A stretch of 64,000 bases of DNA, from positions 1 through 64,000 of IMG/VR virus record IMGVR_UViG_3300006175_000002. One strand, given 5' to 3'. The position numbers and the translations under genes were made by a program. Positions 18,960-26,408 of this stretch are shown here, piece after piece. The stretch's first letter is position 1. Each line of letters opens with the position of its first letter. The stretch is from a virus. Under the pieces are notes generated by a model that was not told the DNA's origin, ran no database searches, and saw nothing but the letters and a program-made list of their open reading frames with translations.

Positions 18960-19008
18960 GGTGTCCGAGAGTAGCGGTGATGGGTCACACCACGCTACCG
19001 TGACCGGT
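18960..19008. promoter_or_regulatory. Divergent back-to-back leaderless promoters
   Basis: TACTCT 8 nt before ATG 18959 (-) and TACCGT 7 nt before ATG 19009 (+); inverted repeat GTAGCG...CGCTAC. Confidence 0.5.
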
Positions 19009-19152
19009 ATGAGTGATTCGGACCGTCCGTCGCCTCTGTTCACCCGACTGGTGTGGATTGGGGTGGTCCTTTTGGCGCTGTTGGTGTCGGCGGCGCTGGT
19101 GACGCCGACGAGCGCGCACCCGGCCCCGGCGTCGTGCGAGCGGGAAAAGTAG
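19009..19152 (+). CDS. Small membrane peptide
   Basis: 47 aa with one TM segment. Confidence 0.5.
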   Translation: MSDSDRPSPLFTRLVWIGVVLLALLVSAALVTPTSAHPAPASCEREK

Positions 19153-19193
19153 GGACTTGCCGGCAGGTTCGCCCTTGTGCGACCCTTGTGGGT

Positions 19194-19487
19194 ATGACGA
19201 CATACGCCGAGCTGCTGCACGCGCTGGCCGATGAGTTGCACGCGCTGGCCGACCGGCCGCCGATTGAGGTGGTGGGCCGGGCGGCGGAGCTGGCCAACCC
19301 GCGACACGAGGGCAGTCTGAGCCGGCGCATGGTGACGATCCGGCAGTCGGCGGCGCGGGCTGCGGTGGATGCTGCGGAGTCGCAGTACGCGGTGGCGAAG
19401 GTGTTGGGCATCGGTGAGCAGACGTTGTCGCGTCTGTTGACGGGAAACCGGAGGTCCCGGGCGAAGGTGGACACAACGACGGCCTGA
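19194..19487 (+). CDS. HTH transcriptional regulator
   Basis: SQYAVAKVLGIGEQTLSRLL helix-turn-helix. Confidence 0.7.
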   Translation: MTTYAELLHALADELHALADRPPIEVVGRAAELANPRHEGSLSRRMVTIRQSAARAAVDAAESQYAVAKVLGIGEQTLSRLLTGNRRSRAKVDTTTA

Positions 19488-19518
19488 TCTGTCAGGTACT
19501 TGACAGTTCTGGGCCCTG

Positions 19519-19556
19519 TTCGCCCTTGCGCCGACCTTCGCCCTTGGGCTAAGTTA
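19519..19556 (+). promoter_or_regulatory. Promoter of the small-ORF operon with repeated TTCGCCCTTG sites
   Basis: TTGCGC-N18-TAAGTT; TTCGCCCTTG at 19519 and 19537, and a third copy at 19168 upstream of the HTH gene. Confidence 0.55.
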
Positions 19557-19730
19557 GTGGAGTAAGGCAAGCACGGAACACAACTCCAGAGGCACCGAGC
19601 CACTCCGAACCGGAAGTCACGGCAGGGGAAGACGGGAGCGAATGCTCCTATCGAAATCCACTGACCGCCGGGACCGAGAAACCTAGATCGGGCCGAAGGA
19701 ACACACACAGCACCACCCGCGCCGCCCCGG

Positions 19731-19791
19731 GAGCACGATGGGCGGTCGGGCCAGCCGGCTCAACACCGGCTGGGCTCACGAGAAAGGAGGT
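19731..19791 (+). ncRNA. Degenerate tRNA-like / T-arm hairpin element abutting an SD
   Basis: CCAGCCGG-CTCAACA-CCGGCTGG (7-nt loop), then GAGAAAGGAGGT. Confidence 0.45.
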
Positions 19792-19797
19792 GCATCC

Positions 19798-19890
19798 ATG
19801 TCTAAGCACCTTTTGCTTTTCGCCGCGATCGGATTCGCGGCGCTTGGAGTCGTTCTTGCCGTCCTGGCCTACCGCTCGGCGGTGGGCTAA
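19798..19890 (+). CDS. 30-aa membrane peptide
   Basis: MSKHLLLFAAIGFAALGVVLAVLAYRSAVG; perfect SD. Confidence 0.6.
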   Translation: MSKHLLLFAAIGFAALGVVLAVLAYRSAVG

Positions 19891-19948
19891 GACAATCTCG
19901 GCTGGTACATCGTTGCAGGCCAGCCGGGAGCGAAAGGAGGTATCCACT

Positions 19949-20149
19949 ATGGATATCACTGTTGTTCTCAAGGTCAAGGTCGATCTCGACGCATGGCAAC
20001 TGGAGTACGGACACGCCAACACGGCTGCCGCACTCAAGGAAGCACTCGACGACATACGGCACCCCGACTGGTACCTCCAGGGCCAGAAGTGGGACGGCCT
20101 CGGCAAGGTTGAGAGCGTCAAAGCCATGGTCGACCTCGGCCAGATCTGA
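19949..20149 (+). CDS. Small hypothetical protein
   Basis: SD CGAAAGGAGGT after the hairpin at 19897-19929. Confidence 0.65.
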   Translation: MDITVVLKVKVDLDAWQLEYGHANTAAALKEALDDIRHPDWYLQGQKWDGLGKVESVKAMVDLGQI

Positions 20150-20157
20150 GACAAAGA

Positions 20158-20214
20158 CGAGCGGTGTTGGCGCACCTGCGGGGTTCAAATCCCCGGCCGC
20201 TCGCGAAAGGAGGT
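20158..20214 (+). ncRNA. tRNA-like element (acceptor stem + T-arm, no anticodon arm) + SD
   Basis: CGAGCGGT/GCCGCTCG stem; CGGGG-TTCAAAT-CCCCG canonical T-arm; GG-containing mini D-like hairpin. Confidence 0.7.
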
Positions 20215-20218
20215 GGTC

Positions 20219-20554
20219 ATGTTGACCACTACCAGCATCGTTGGTGACTTCGCTTTCCGTACCATCTGCGAACGGCACGGCTTCCGAGTGTTCGTCGGCA
20301 AGGACGTTCAGTTCGCGCTGGACTACTACGAATGCCCCGGCTGCGTTGCTGAGCAGGACGCAGAGTATGCGCGTAGCTGGCAGCCGTGCTGCTCACACGC
20401 GAACACTGACTGCTGCGGGCACGACGAGGAAATGGACACGCCGCACATGCGGACGATCACGCTGGTCAGTCCGAACTACTGCGACCACCAAGCGGGCCGG
20501 GTGTGCTACTACGGTCCGTGTCGTCACCGCGAGTGTGGCGAACCGCCGTTCTGA
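20219..20554 (+). CDS. Cys/His-rich small protein
   Basis: Many C/H residues (CERHG, CPGC, CC, CDH, CRHREC); SD. Confidence 0.65.
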   Translation: MLTTTSIVGDFAFRTICERHGFRVFVGKDVQFALDYYECPGCVAEQDAEYARSWQPCCSHANTDCCGHDEEMDTPHMRTITLVSPNYCDHQAGRVCYYGPCRHRECGEPPF

Positions 20555-20561
20555 AACGGCG

Positions 20562-20617
20562 GCTTCCGGTCAGGCGACCCAGCCGGTTCGAGTCCGGCGC
20601 CGGAAGCGAAAGGAGGT
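20562..20617 (+). ncRNA. tRNA-like element + SD
   Basis: GCTTCCGGT/GCCGGAAGC stem; GCCGG-TTCGAGT-CCGGC T-arm; GGTC-AGGC-GACC mini hairpin. Confidence 0.72.
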
Positions 20618-20626
20618 ACCCAACTT

Positions 20627-20782
20627 ATGGATATCAACTGCCAGTGGGGTGCGTGTGAAGACCACGAGGTTGAGGCCATTGCCACTGTGTACGGCCCGGA
20701 CGAGGAGGTTCTTGCCCGGGTGTGCGCCGAGGGCGCGCGACAGGCCAGGGCCAAGGGCTTCATCGTGAAGCGCGACATCTGA
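20627..20782 (+). CDS. 51-aa hypothetical protein
   Basis: MDINCQWGACEDHEVEAIATVYGPDEEVLARVCAEGARQARAKGFIVKRDI; SD. Confidence 0.6.
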   Translation: MDINCQWGACEDHEVEAIATVYGPDEEVLARVCAEGARQARAKGFIVKRDI

Positions 20783-20846
20783 GTGACCGGCCCGCAAGGG
20801 TGGCGGCGCCGAGGGTTCAAACGCCTCGGCACTCGCGAAAGGAGGT
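20780..20846 (+). ncRNA. tRNA-like element + SD
   Basis: TGAGTG/CACTCG stem, CCC-GCAA-GGG GNRA hairpin, CCGAGG-GTTCAAACG-CCTCGG T-like arm. Confidence 0.6.
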
Positions 20847-20852
20847 CAACAC

Positions 20853-21038
20853 ATGGCCACCAGCAAGACAACAACCTACCGGGTCCAGACCTCTCCCAAG
20901 CCCGGTGAATGGCAAGACTGCGGCGAGGAGTTCAGCACGCCAGACGCGGCACGCATGCACAGCTACGAACTGATCCGCACCGGCGTCACCGAAGCCTCCC
21001 GCGTTGTGGAGCGCGTCGAGCGCGTATTGCCTCGTTAG
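20853..21038 (+). CDS. Small hypothetical protein
   Basis: 61 aa; SD CGAAAGGAGGT. Confidence 0.65.
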   Translation: MATSKTTTYRVQTSPKPGEWQDCGEEFSTPDAARMHSYELIRTGVTEASRVVERVERVLPR

Positions 21039-21073
21039 ATCCCGAACCGGCCCGGCGGTGAATCCGGGGCACC

Positions 21074-21167
21074 TACCTCCGAGCACGGGTGTGCACGACC
21101 GGTACCGGCCCACGGGTCGGCCGGGAGAGGGCGAGTTCGAGTCTCGCCGGGGGTACGAAAGGAGGTA
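21074..21167 (+). ncRNA. Cloverleaf tRNA-like element + SD
   Basis: TACCTCCG/CGGGGGTA stem; GCAC-GGGT-GTGC; long middle stem with a tiny loop; GCGAG-TTCGAGT-CTCGC T-arm. Confidence 0.68.
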
Positions 21168-21171
21168 CCGC

Positions 21172-21324
21172 ATGAGTACCGTGAATGACGACGAGTTCGA
21201 GAGCCTGGACTACGCCGACGAAGACGCAGACCACCTCTGCGACGACTGTGGTCACTTCCATAGCGGCGGGGAATGCCCCGACCCGAACGAACCGTGCGGC
21301 GACTACCGCTGCTGCATCAACTAG
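21172..21324 (+). CDS. Acidic Cys-rich 50-aa protein
   Basis: MSTVNDDEFESLDYADEDADHLCDDCGHFHSGGECPDPNEPCGDYRCCIN. Confidence 0.62.
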   Translation: MSTVNDDEFESLDYADEDADHLCDDCGHFHSGGECPDPNEPCGDYRCCIN

Positions 21325-21335
21325 GGGGGCGTCAC

Positions 21336-21503
21336 ATGGTCGAGTTTTTCCGGTCGGCACCTGCGTGGCTGATCTACCAGGTGGCCCACCACCCGCAGCA
21401 GACCGTGGGCGTGATCGCGATTGTGGTGGAAGCAGCCGCCGCCCTCGCGGTCATCCGTTGCGTGGCAGCGTTGCTGGCCAAGCGGCGCCGAGAACGACTC
21501 TGA
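21336..21503 (+). CDS. Small membrane protein
   Basis: TM segment followed by a basic tail. Confidence 0.5.
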   Translation: MVEFFRSAPAWLIYQVAHHPQQTVGVIAIVVEAAAALAVIRCVAALLAKRRRERL

Positions 21504-21581
21504 ATCAAGGCGGTGGCCCGACGTGAGCCGGGCCGCGCGCCTTGACCGCCGGACAGGTTGCCGGCGGCAGGAGGAGGCAAG

Positions 21582-22088
21582 ATGTTTGACGAGGATGTGG
21601 AAGGCATCGACATCTTCCGGTCCAGTTCCATGGGTCAGGTCATCGCCGGGGCGCTCGGCTCCGACAACCCGTTCAACCGGCCCCGCCGGCGAACGGTCGA
21701 CCCGGTCGACGCCCGGGCCGCGCAGATCCTGCGCGAGCGGGCCGACGCCGACGAGGCGGCCCGCGTCGAAGTCGAAGCCCAGCGGAAGATCGCCGAGGTT
21801 GAGGCGCTCGGCGCCGACCAGTTGCCCGACGGGGCGGTTGTCGCGTTCACCAAGCAGCACACCGTACGGGGCCACGCGTTTTCGTACGCCGCGATCTACA
21901 TTGCCGGCCACTGGTACCTCACCGGCGGCAAGCATGGCGGGGCGAAGAAGACGAACGAGGAGTTCTGCCTGTGGTTGTTGTCTGGGCAGGGCTTCAACGA
22001 CTGGCAGGTGCTGCGCGGCGCACCCGAGGCGCCGCACGACGTTGTACCAGCTTCGTACCACGACAACGACGACGAGGAGCCGTTCTGA
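21582..22088 (+). CDS. Hypothetical phage protein
   Basis: SD GGAGGAGG; YAAI...G.WY.TG motif. Confidence 0.65.
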   Translation: MFDEDVEGIDIFRSSSMGQVIAGALGSDNPFNRPRRRTVDPVDARAAQILRERADADEAARVEVEAQRKIAEVEALGADQLPDGAVVAFTKQHTVRGHAFSYAAIYIAGHWYLTGGKHGGAKKTNEEFCLWLLSGQGFNDWQVLRGAPEAPHDVVPASYHDNDDEEPF

Positions 22089-22117
22089 CCTGACCGGCCT
22101 GGGGAGGCTCCGGTCAA

Positions 22118-22187
22118 TCCGGCGAGCACACGGAGCGCGTACGGCGTCCATGGCGTCGTACGGTCGGGGTCAGGACCCGACGCCGGA
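22118..22187 (+). ncRNA. Degenerate cloverleaf tRNA-like element
   Basis: TCCGGCG/CGCCGGA 7-bp stem; 9-bp arm with TCCATGG loop; TCGGG-GTCAGGA-CCCGA T-like arm. Confidence 0.5.
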
Positions 22188-22217
22188 GCGCACACAACAA
22201 CAGAAAGAGGGTGATGC

Positions 22218-22364
22218 ATGGCTGGCAAGGGGCCACGTAACACGGTCGGCGACAGTCGACCTCCGGGCCGGGACCGAACCGGTCAGGACATGGGCCAACC
22301 GGGAACACCCACCACGGGCAACCCGACCGGGCGCTACCCATTCCCGGGCACGTCGAGTAGGTAA
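22218..22364 (+). CDS. 48-aa Gly/Pro/Thr-rich peptide
   Basis: SD-like AGAGGG; manual translation. Confidence 0.4.
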   Translation: MAGKGPRNTVGDSRPPGRDRTGQDMGQPGTPTTGNPTGRYPFPGTSSR

Positions 22365-22435
22365 GCCGTCGAACGGCTTCCATGACCCGCCACGGGGGGG
22401 CGGGTTGTGGTCCCCGTTTGAAGGAGGAACGGCAC

Positions 22436-22771
22436 ATGGCTCAGGAACTTCGTTTCACCGGCGACCAGCTTGAGTACCGGGTCGGTCGGATCACCATCAC
22501 CCTCCAGTGGGTTCGGGAGGGTGCGTACAACGTCACCGGCTACCAGGGCACGCTCCGGCTGGAGAGGCTTTGCAAGTCGTGGCCCACTGAGGATGAGGCG
22601 CGCGGGTGGGCACGGATGTGTGTCGCGGACGCCCGGTTCGAGCAGAACATGCCGGCACTGTGCGGCTGCCGGGGGGTCGGTTGGATTCCCCTGGACCGCA
22701 CGTGGGCACCGTGCATGGTCTGCAACAGTCGGGGCGGGCGCATTCCGGCACCGCCGGTTGCGGCTGGCTAG
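22436..22771 (+). CDS. Hypothetical protein with C-terminal Zn finger
   Basis: AAGGAGG SD; CGC.G.G...C..C. Confidence 0.62.
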   Translation: MAQELRFTGDQLEYRVGRITITLQWVREGAYNVTGYQGTLRLERLCKSWPTEDEARGWARMCVADARFEQNMPALCGCRGVGWIPLDRTWAPCMVCNSRGGRIPAPPVAAG

Positions 22772-22864
22772 TTCGCAGCGGGCCACGAACACGCCTTCAC
22801 GGGTGGTCGTGGCCGGCTGGATCTCAGCCAGAGAGTTGGGACCGAAGCAGGAGGAGAAACACGC

Positions 22865-23191
22865 ATGGGAATGATCAAAAAGGTGCAGGACCTGGCGGAA
22901 GGCGACCAGTTCGCTCAGAACCAGACGCTTTATCGGGTGATGGAGATTGCCGTCGGCGAAACGATAGTCGGCGTGACAACCACGTACCGCGCCGAGGCGG
23001 CACAGCAATTTTACACCGTCCATGCGACGTACGAGGTTGACACAGAGGTGTACCTGCCGAACGTCGACGCGCACAACGCTCCGCCGCAGCCGCCCGTTTC
23101 GACCGCCCGGGTGGATGACTTCCTCCGGGAGCACACGGGGCAGGCCATCCGGCGCGAGCCGGGGCACATCCCGACCCAGTTCCCTCAGTAG
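22865..23191 (+). CDS. Hypothetical protein
   Basis: SD GGAGGAG. Confidence 0.6.
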   Translation: MGMIKKVQDLAEGDQFAQNQTLYRVMEIAVGETIVGVTTTYRAEAAQQFYTVHATYEVDTEVYLPNVDAHNAPPQPPVSTARVDDFLREHTGQAIRREPGHIPTQFPQ

Positions 23192-23269
23192 TTCCGCACC
23201 GCACACAGCGGGGCCCCGTCCCGTACGGGCCCACGCCGTGGCAGTCCGGCCAACCGAAGGGAGCACCAC

Positions 23270-23359
23270 ATGAGCAACCAGCAGGACCAGCAGCAGCCCG
23301 CCACAACCCAGCCGGAGCCGCAACGCCCCGACGGGTACAAGGGCAAGCACCGCCGCTGA
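23270..23359 (+). CDS. 29-aa peptide
   Basis: MSNQQDQQQPATTQPEPQRPDGYKGKHRR; SD AAGGGAG. Confidence 0.45.
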   Translation: MSNQQDQQQPATTQPEPQRPDGYKGKHRR

Positions 23360-23411
23360 ACGGTTCCCGCCCCGCCGGTACCTGCATTACCTGCCCACCG
23401 GGTTACAGTGG

Positions 23412-23460
23412 GCGCTCAGTCGAGGCGAAACACAGCCGGTTCGAGTCCGGCGCTGAGCGC
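23412..23460 (+). ncRNA. tRNA-like element (acceptor stem + T-arm)
   Basis: GCGCTCAGT/GCTGAGCGC stem; GCCGG-TTCGAGT-CCGGC; 20-nt core identical to the element at 20581-20600. Confidence 0.72.
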
Positions 23461-23462
23461 GA

Positions 23463-23529
23463 GGGAAACGCGCTTGTAGGCGTAAGCGCCGCGACGGCGG
23501 AAGCCGGGATCGACACCCGGGCGTTTCCC
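23463..23529 (+). ncRNA. tRNA-like cloverleaf with collapsed anticodon arm
   Basis: GGGAAACGC/GCGTTTCCC; D-like GCTT-GTAGGCGT-AAGC; GCCG-CGA-CGGC; CCGGG-ATCGACA-CCCGG. Confidence 0.65.
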
Positions 23530-23608
23530 CCCTCACCTCTCCTTCTCCGAAATCGTCAAGCCACGTCCGCGGGGGACGTTACTCGACGTCCACGAGAGGA
23601 GAACCACA

Positions 23609-23785
23609 ATGGGTGACGTAGTGACGATGTCGACGGTGAACACGCTTTCCCCGATGTCCCCGTTCGACCACGCACCAATCATCCTTACCGGAATCCACCT
23701 GCGCAACGACGCGGTCATCGAGCCGCACGAGCGGTGCGAGTTCCTCAACACCCCGTGCGACCAGCCGGAGTGCCCGGCGCTCTGA
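23609..23785 (+). CDS. 58-aa hypothetical protein
   Basis: SD GAGAGGAG; C-terminal C..C...C. Confidence 0.5.
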   Translation: MGDVVTMSTVNTLSPMSPFDHAPIILTGIHLRNDAVIEPHERCEFLNTPCDQPECPAL

Positions 23786-23874
23786 GCACCGCCCATGGCC
23801 GACCGTCCCCCACCCCGGGGCCGGTCGACCGTGGGCCCCGCTCAGGGGAACCTACTAGCTCCGAGGAGGAGCCC

Positions 23875-24867
23875 ATGTACCAGCACCGTTTCACCAGGAT
23901 GCGCGTCAACGCGGCACCGGCGAACGTCATCGGTGCCGTGTTCTACGCAACAGTCGCGGTCATCGCCCTGGCTGGCCAGACCACATCCGCCACCGAATGG
24001 CTCCGGTGGCCCGTCCTGTTCGCAGCGCCCGCCGTGGCGGCGCTCGAACTCGGCGGTATCGCCTTGACCGCCCACGCCGACGTACGCCGCCGGATGGGTG
24101 AACGCGCCGTCGCCGCCCGGATCATGTCCGCCGCGGTGGCCGCGTTCGCGGTTGTCTTCAACTGGGTCGGTCACGCCGACCACCGCCAGGGCGTGTTCTT
24201 CGCCGGCATGTCAGCCCTCGGCTACGGGGTCTGGCTCATCAACGCCGGTGCCCGCCGCCGGGACCAGATGCGTTCCGACGGCACGCTTTCCCCCGTCGCC
24301 CCGGTCTACGGCTGGGTGCGGTGGGTGCGTCACCCGCTGCACACGTGGCAGGCCCGCGCGCTCGCGCTGGCCACCCCGCAGCTGGGGTTGTACGGCTCGC
24401 TGACGCAGGCCACCGCGGACACGCGGCGGGCGCGTCGTGAGGCAACGATCGCCGCGATCCTTCACCGGAAGCTGAAGGCGGCGAAGGACCCGCTGACCGC
24501 TGAGCTGGCGGTGACCGTGTTCGATCTCGACGAGATCGCGGCGCGGTTGACTGCGGGGGCTGACTACGCCGGGCTGACCGCGATGATCGCGGCTGACCTG
24601 ACGCCGACGGCCCTGGTCCAGCGGGAGGAGGAGGTGGCGCCGGTCGTGGTGCGGCCGGTGGCGGTGTCTGCGCCGGTGACCCGGCCGGAGACGCTGCCGG
24701 TGATGCCGACGCCGGTGCACCCGGTCGCGGCGATCCAGGCCACCACCGCTCCGGCTCCGGTGAGCCCCGCCCCGGTGCATGTGTCGCGTGCCCCGATGGC
24801 GCGGCGGCCGGTGAAGTCGTTGCAGCCGTTCAAGTCGCCGCTGACGGGTAACCAGATCGGCGGGTAA
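23875..24867 (+). CDS. Multi-pass membrane protein (DUF2637/Spd-like, as in actinomycete mobile elements)
   Basis: Four N-terminal TM helices, W.RHP..TW motif, Pro-rich tail. Confidence 0.55.
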   Translation: MYQHRFTRMRVNAAPANVIGAVFYATVAVIALAGQTTSATEWLRWPVLFAAPAVAALELGGIALTAHADVRRRMGERAVAARIMSAAVAAFAVVFNWVGHADHRQGVFFAGMSALGYGVWLINAGARRRDQMRSDGTLSPVAPVYGWVRWVRHPLHTWQARALALATPQLGLYGSLTQATADTRRARREATIAAILHRKLKAAKDPLTAELAVTVFDLDEIAARLTAGADYAGLTAMIAADLTPTALVQREEEVAPVVVRPVAVSAPVTRPETLPVMPTPVHPVAAIQATTAPAPVSPAPVHVSRAPMARRPVKSLQPFKSPLTGNQIGG

Positions 24868-24868
24868 G

Positions 24869-24927
24869 ACGCAGAGAGAGGCCCGACGGCCCGGAGTGAT
24901 CCGGTGCCGTCGGGCCTTTCTGCGTTT
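24869..24927. terminator. Bidirectional hairpin terminator between convergent operons
   Basis: Long inverted repeat ACGCAGA..AGGCCCGACGGC / GCCGTCGGGCCT..TCTGCGT. Confidence 0.7.
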
Positions 24928-24957
24928 CTAGGGTGGTGCGCGAACTATGCCGGCGTG

Positions 24958-26244
24958 TTAGCTCCCTGAACGGGTCGGTAGAAGCGGTGTCCCGTCATCC
25001 CAGATGTTGCCTGACCACACGCTGCCCGGCTGGCTCGGATCCCAGTCGGCGACCGCACCCCAATAGGCGCAGGCCCGGATACTGCCGTTACCCGGGTCGC
25101 CGATGGCGGTGCCGTGTTGCATCACGTTGCCCGTGAACACGAGGTGATCGCCTGGGCCGCCCGGCTTTCCCGCCGTTGACCCGCCGTAGATGCAGTACGA
25201 CTCGGCGTCCTGCGGCCTGCCGGCGGCGTCCAGGTAGGTTGCCGACACCACAAGGTTGTTGTTGAAGGTGTAGTACCGCACCGGGCCGAAGTCGCCGAAC
25301 AGGTTGATCGCCCCGGAGCAGGACGACTCGCCGCCGCCGACGCTGGTCGGTACCAGGTCGCAGACGATGGTGTTGTGCTGGATCAGGCTCGGCGTGGTGG
25401 ACGACCCGCCCCCGTTGGACAGGAACCCGCCGAAGTGCTGGTCGGCCTTGTTCGGGTCGTGGACCTGGCCGTGCAGCCAGGAGTCCTTGACCACGCACAG
25501 GTCCACGCAGCCGACGGCGGTCTGTCCACCGTGGATGTTGCTGCGGAGCACCGTGAAGTTGGTGTGCCAGACGGCCGGGTTCTGCTCGGCGCCGGCGCTG
25601 ACCTCGGAGTCGGTCAGGGTGAACGAGTGCGCGTCCGTCTCGTCGTCGCCGATCGACCCGAGGATCAGCGACCGGGAGATCTTCACGCCGCTGGTGGTGA
25701 TGTGCAGGTCGCAGTTGACCGTCTTCGCGTCGATGACGGTACCGGCCACCGTGATCGTGCACGGCCCGGTGTATGCGGTGAGCTGCGTACCCGCCGGGAC
25801 GCCGGTGTTCGACGCGTCCGGGAACCCGCCGCTGGTTGGCGACGGACTCGGGCTCGGTGTCGGGCTGGGCCCGATCGTGGTCGGCGCAGGCGTGGGGCTC
25901 GGGCTGGCCGAGGTGGGCACCACCGTCGGGGTCGGCGCCCCGGTCGGTGACGCCGACGGCGACGGTGTTGGGCCGGGTGTGCGGGACAGGTCCGCGATTG
26001 CCCGCTGCGCGTCGGTGATGCAGTTCTGCGCCCGCTGCCGGGCTCCGGCGTCGAACGCGTCGTGCAACTCGACCTGACAGAGAGCGAGCTGGTTACGGGC
26101 GAAGGCGAGGATATCGCTGGTACTGACCGCCGCCGCGACGGGTGCGGATGTGGGCTTGACGGTGGCCGCTGCTGCCCCTGTCGCAACGAGCAGGGCTGCT
26201 GCCGCCAGCGCGGCCACTGCTCTACCAGACTTGATGATCGACAT
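24958..26244 (-). CDS. Secreted protein with Pro/Thr linker and right-handed beta-helix (pectin-lyase-like) domain
   Basis: Signal peptide, PSPT linker, FPDASNTGVPAG, repeated beta-helix coils, W.GN.W.DG ending. Confidence 0.7.
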   Translation of the reverse strand: MSIIKSGRAVAALAAAALLVATGAAAATVKPTSAPVAAAVSTSDILAFARNQLALCQVELHDAFDAGARQRAQNCITDAQRAIADLSRTPGPTPSPSASPTGAPTPTVVPTSASPSPTPAPTTIGPSPTPSPSPSPTSGGFPDASNTGVPAGTQLTAYTGPCTITVAGTVIDAKTVNCDLHITTSGVKISRSLILGSIGDDETDAHSFTLTDSEVSAGAEQNPAVWHTNFTVLRSNIHGGQTAVGCVDLCVVKDSWLHGQVHDPNKADQHFGGFLSNGGGSSTTPSLIQHNTIVCDLVPTSVGGGESSCSGAINLFGDFGPVRYYTFNNNLVVSATYLDAAGRPQDAESYCIYGGSTAGKPGGPGDHLVFTGNVMQHGTAIGDPGNGSIRACAYWGAVADWDPSQPGSVWSGNIWDDGTPLLPTRSGS

Positions 26245-26408
26245 TATGCCTCCTTCGAGGGCTGTGTTGCCGACCCGACAACGAATGTGCTCGTGACCGT
26301 GGTGGTCACCTGCGCCGTGGTCGTTGTGGTTGTTGCTGCCGTGCCCCCGTTGATGATCCACGTTGCCGCACGCTCAGGCGGCTCCGCTGCTGCTACTAGT
26401 GTCTTCAC
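26244..26408 (-). CDS. 54-aa Thr-rich peptide
   Basis: Manual translation; GTGA and TAATG overlaps with both neighbours. Confidence 0.4.
   Translation of the reverse strand: MKTLVAAAEPPERAATWIINGGTAATTTTTTAQVTTTVTSTFVVGSATQPSKEA

Noticed and set aside
19731-21167. CRISPR-like or integron attC array
   Set aside because: The repeats are not sequence-identical, the spacers are whole ORFs, there are no GTTRRRY/RYYYAAC cores, and no cas or intI gene is in the window.
20158-23529. Calling the T-arm elements canonical tRNA genes
   Set aside because: They lack a normal anticodon stem-loop and encoded CCA, and most are only ~46-70 nt. The CAT-containing loop at 22147-22153 sits on a 9-bp stem without U33, and its T-loop is aberrant.
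26244-26408. Thr-rich peptide as a RiPP precursor
   Set aside because: No modifying enzymes are nearby; kept only as a low-confidence small ORF.
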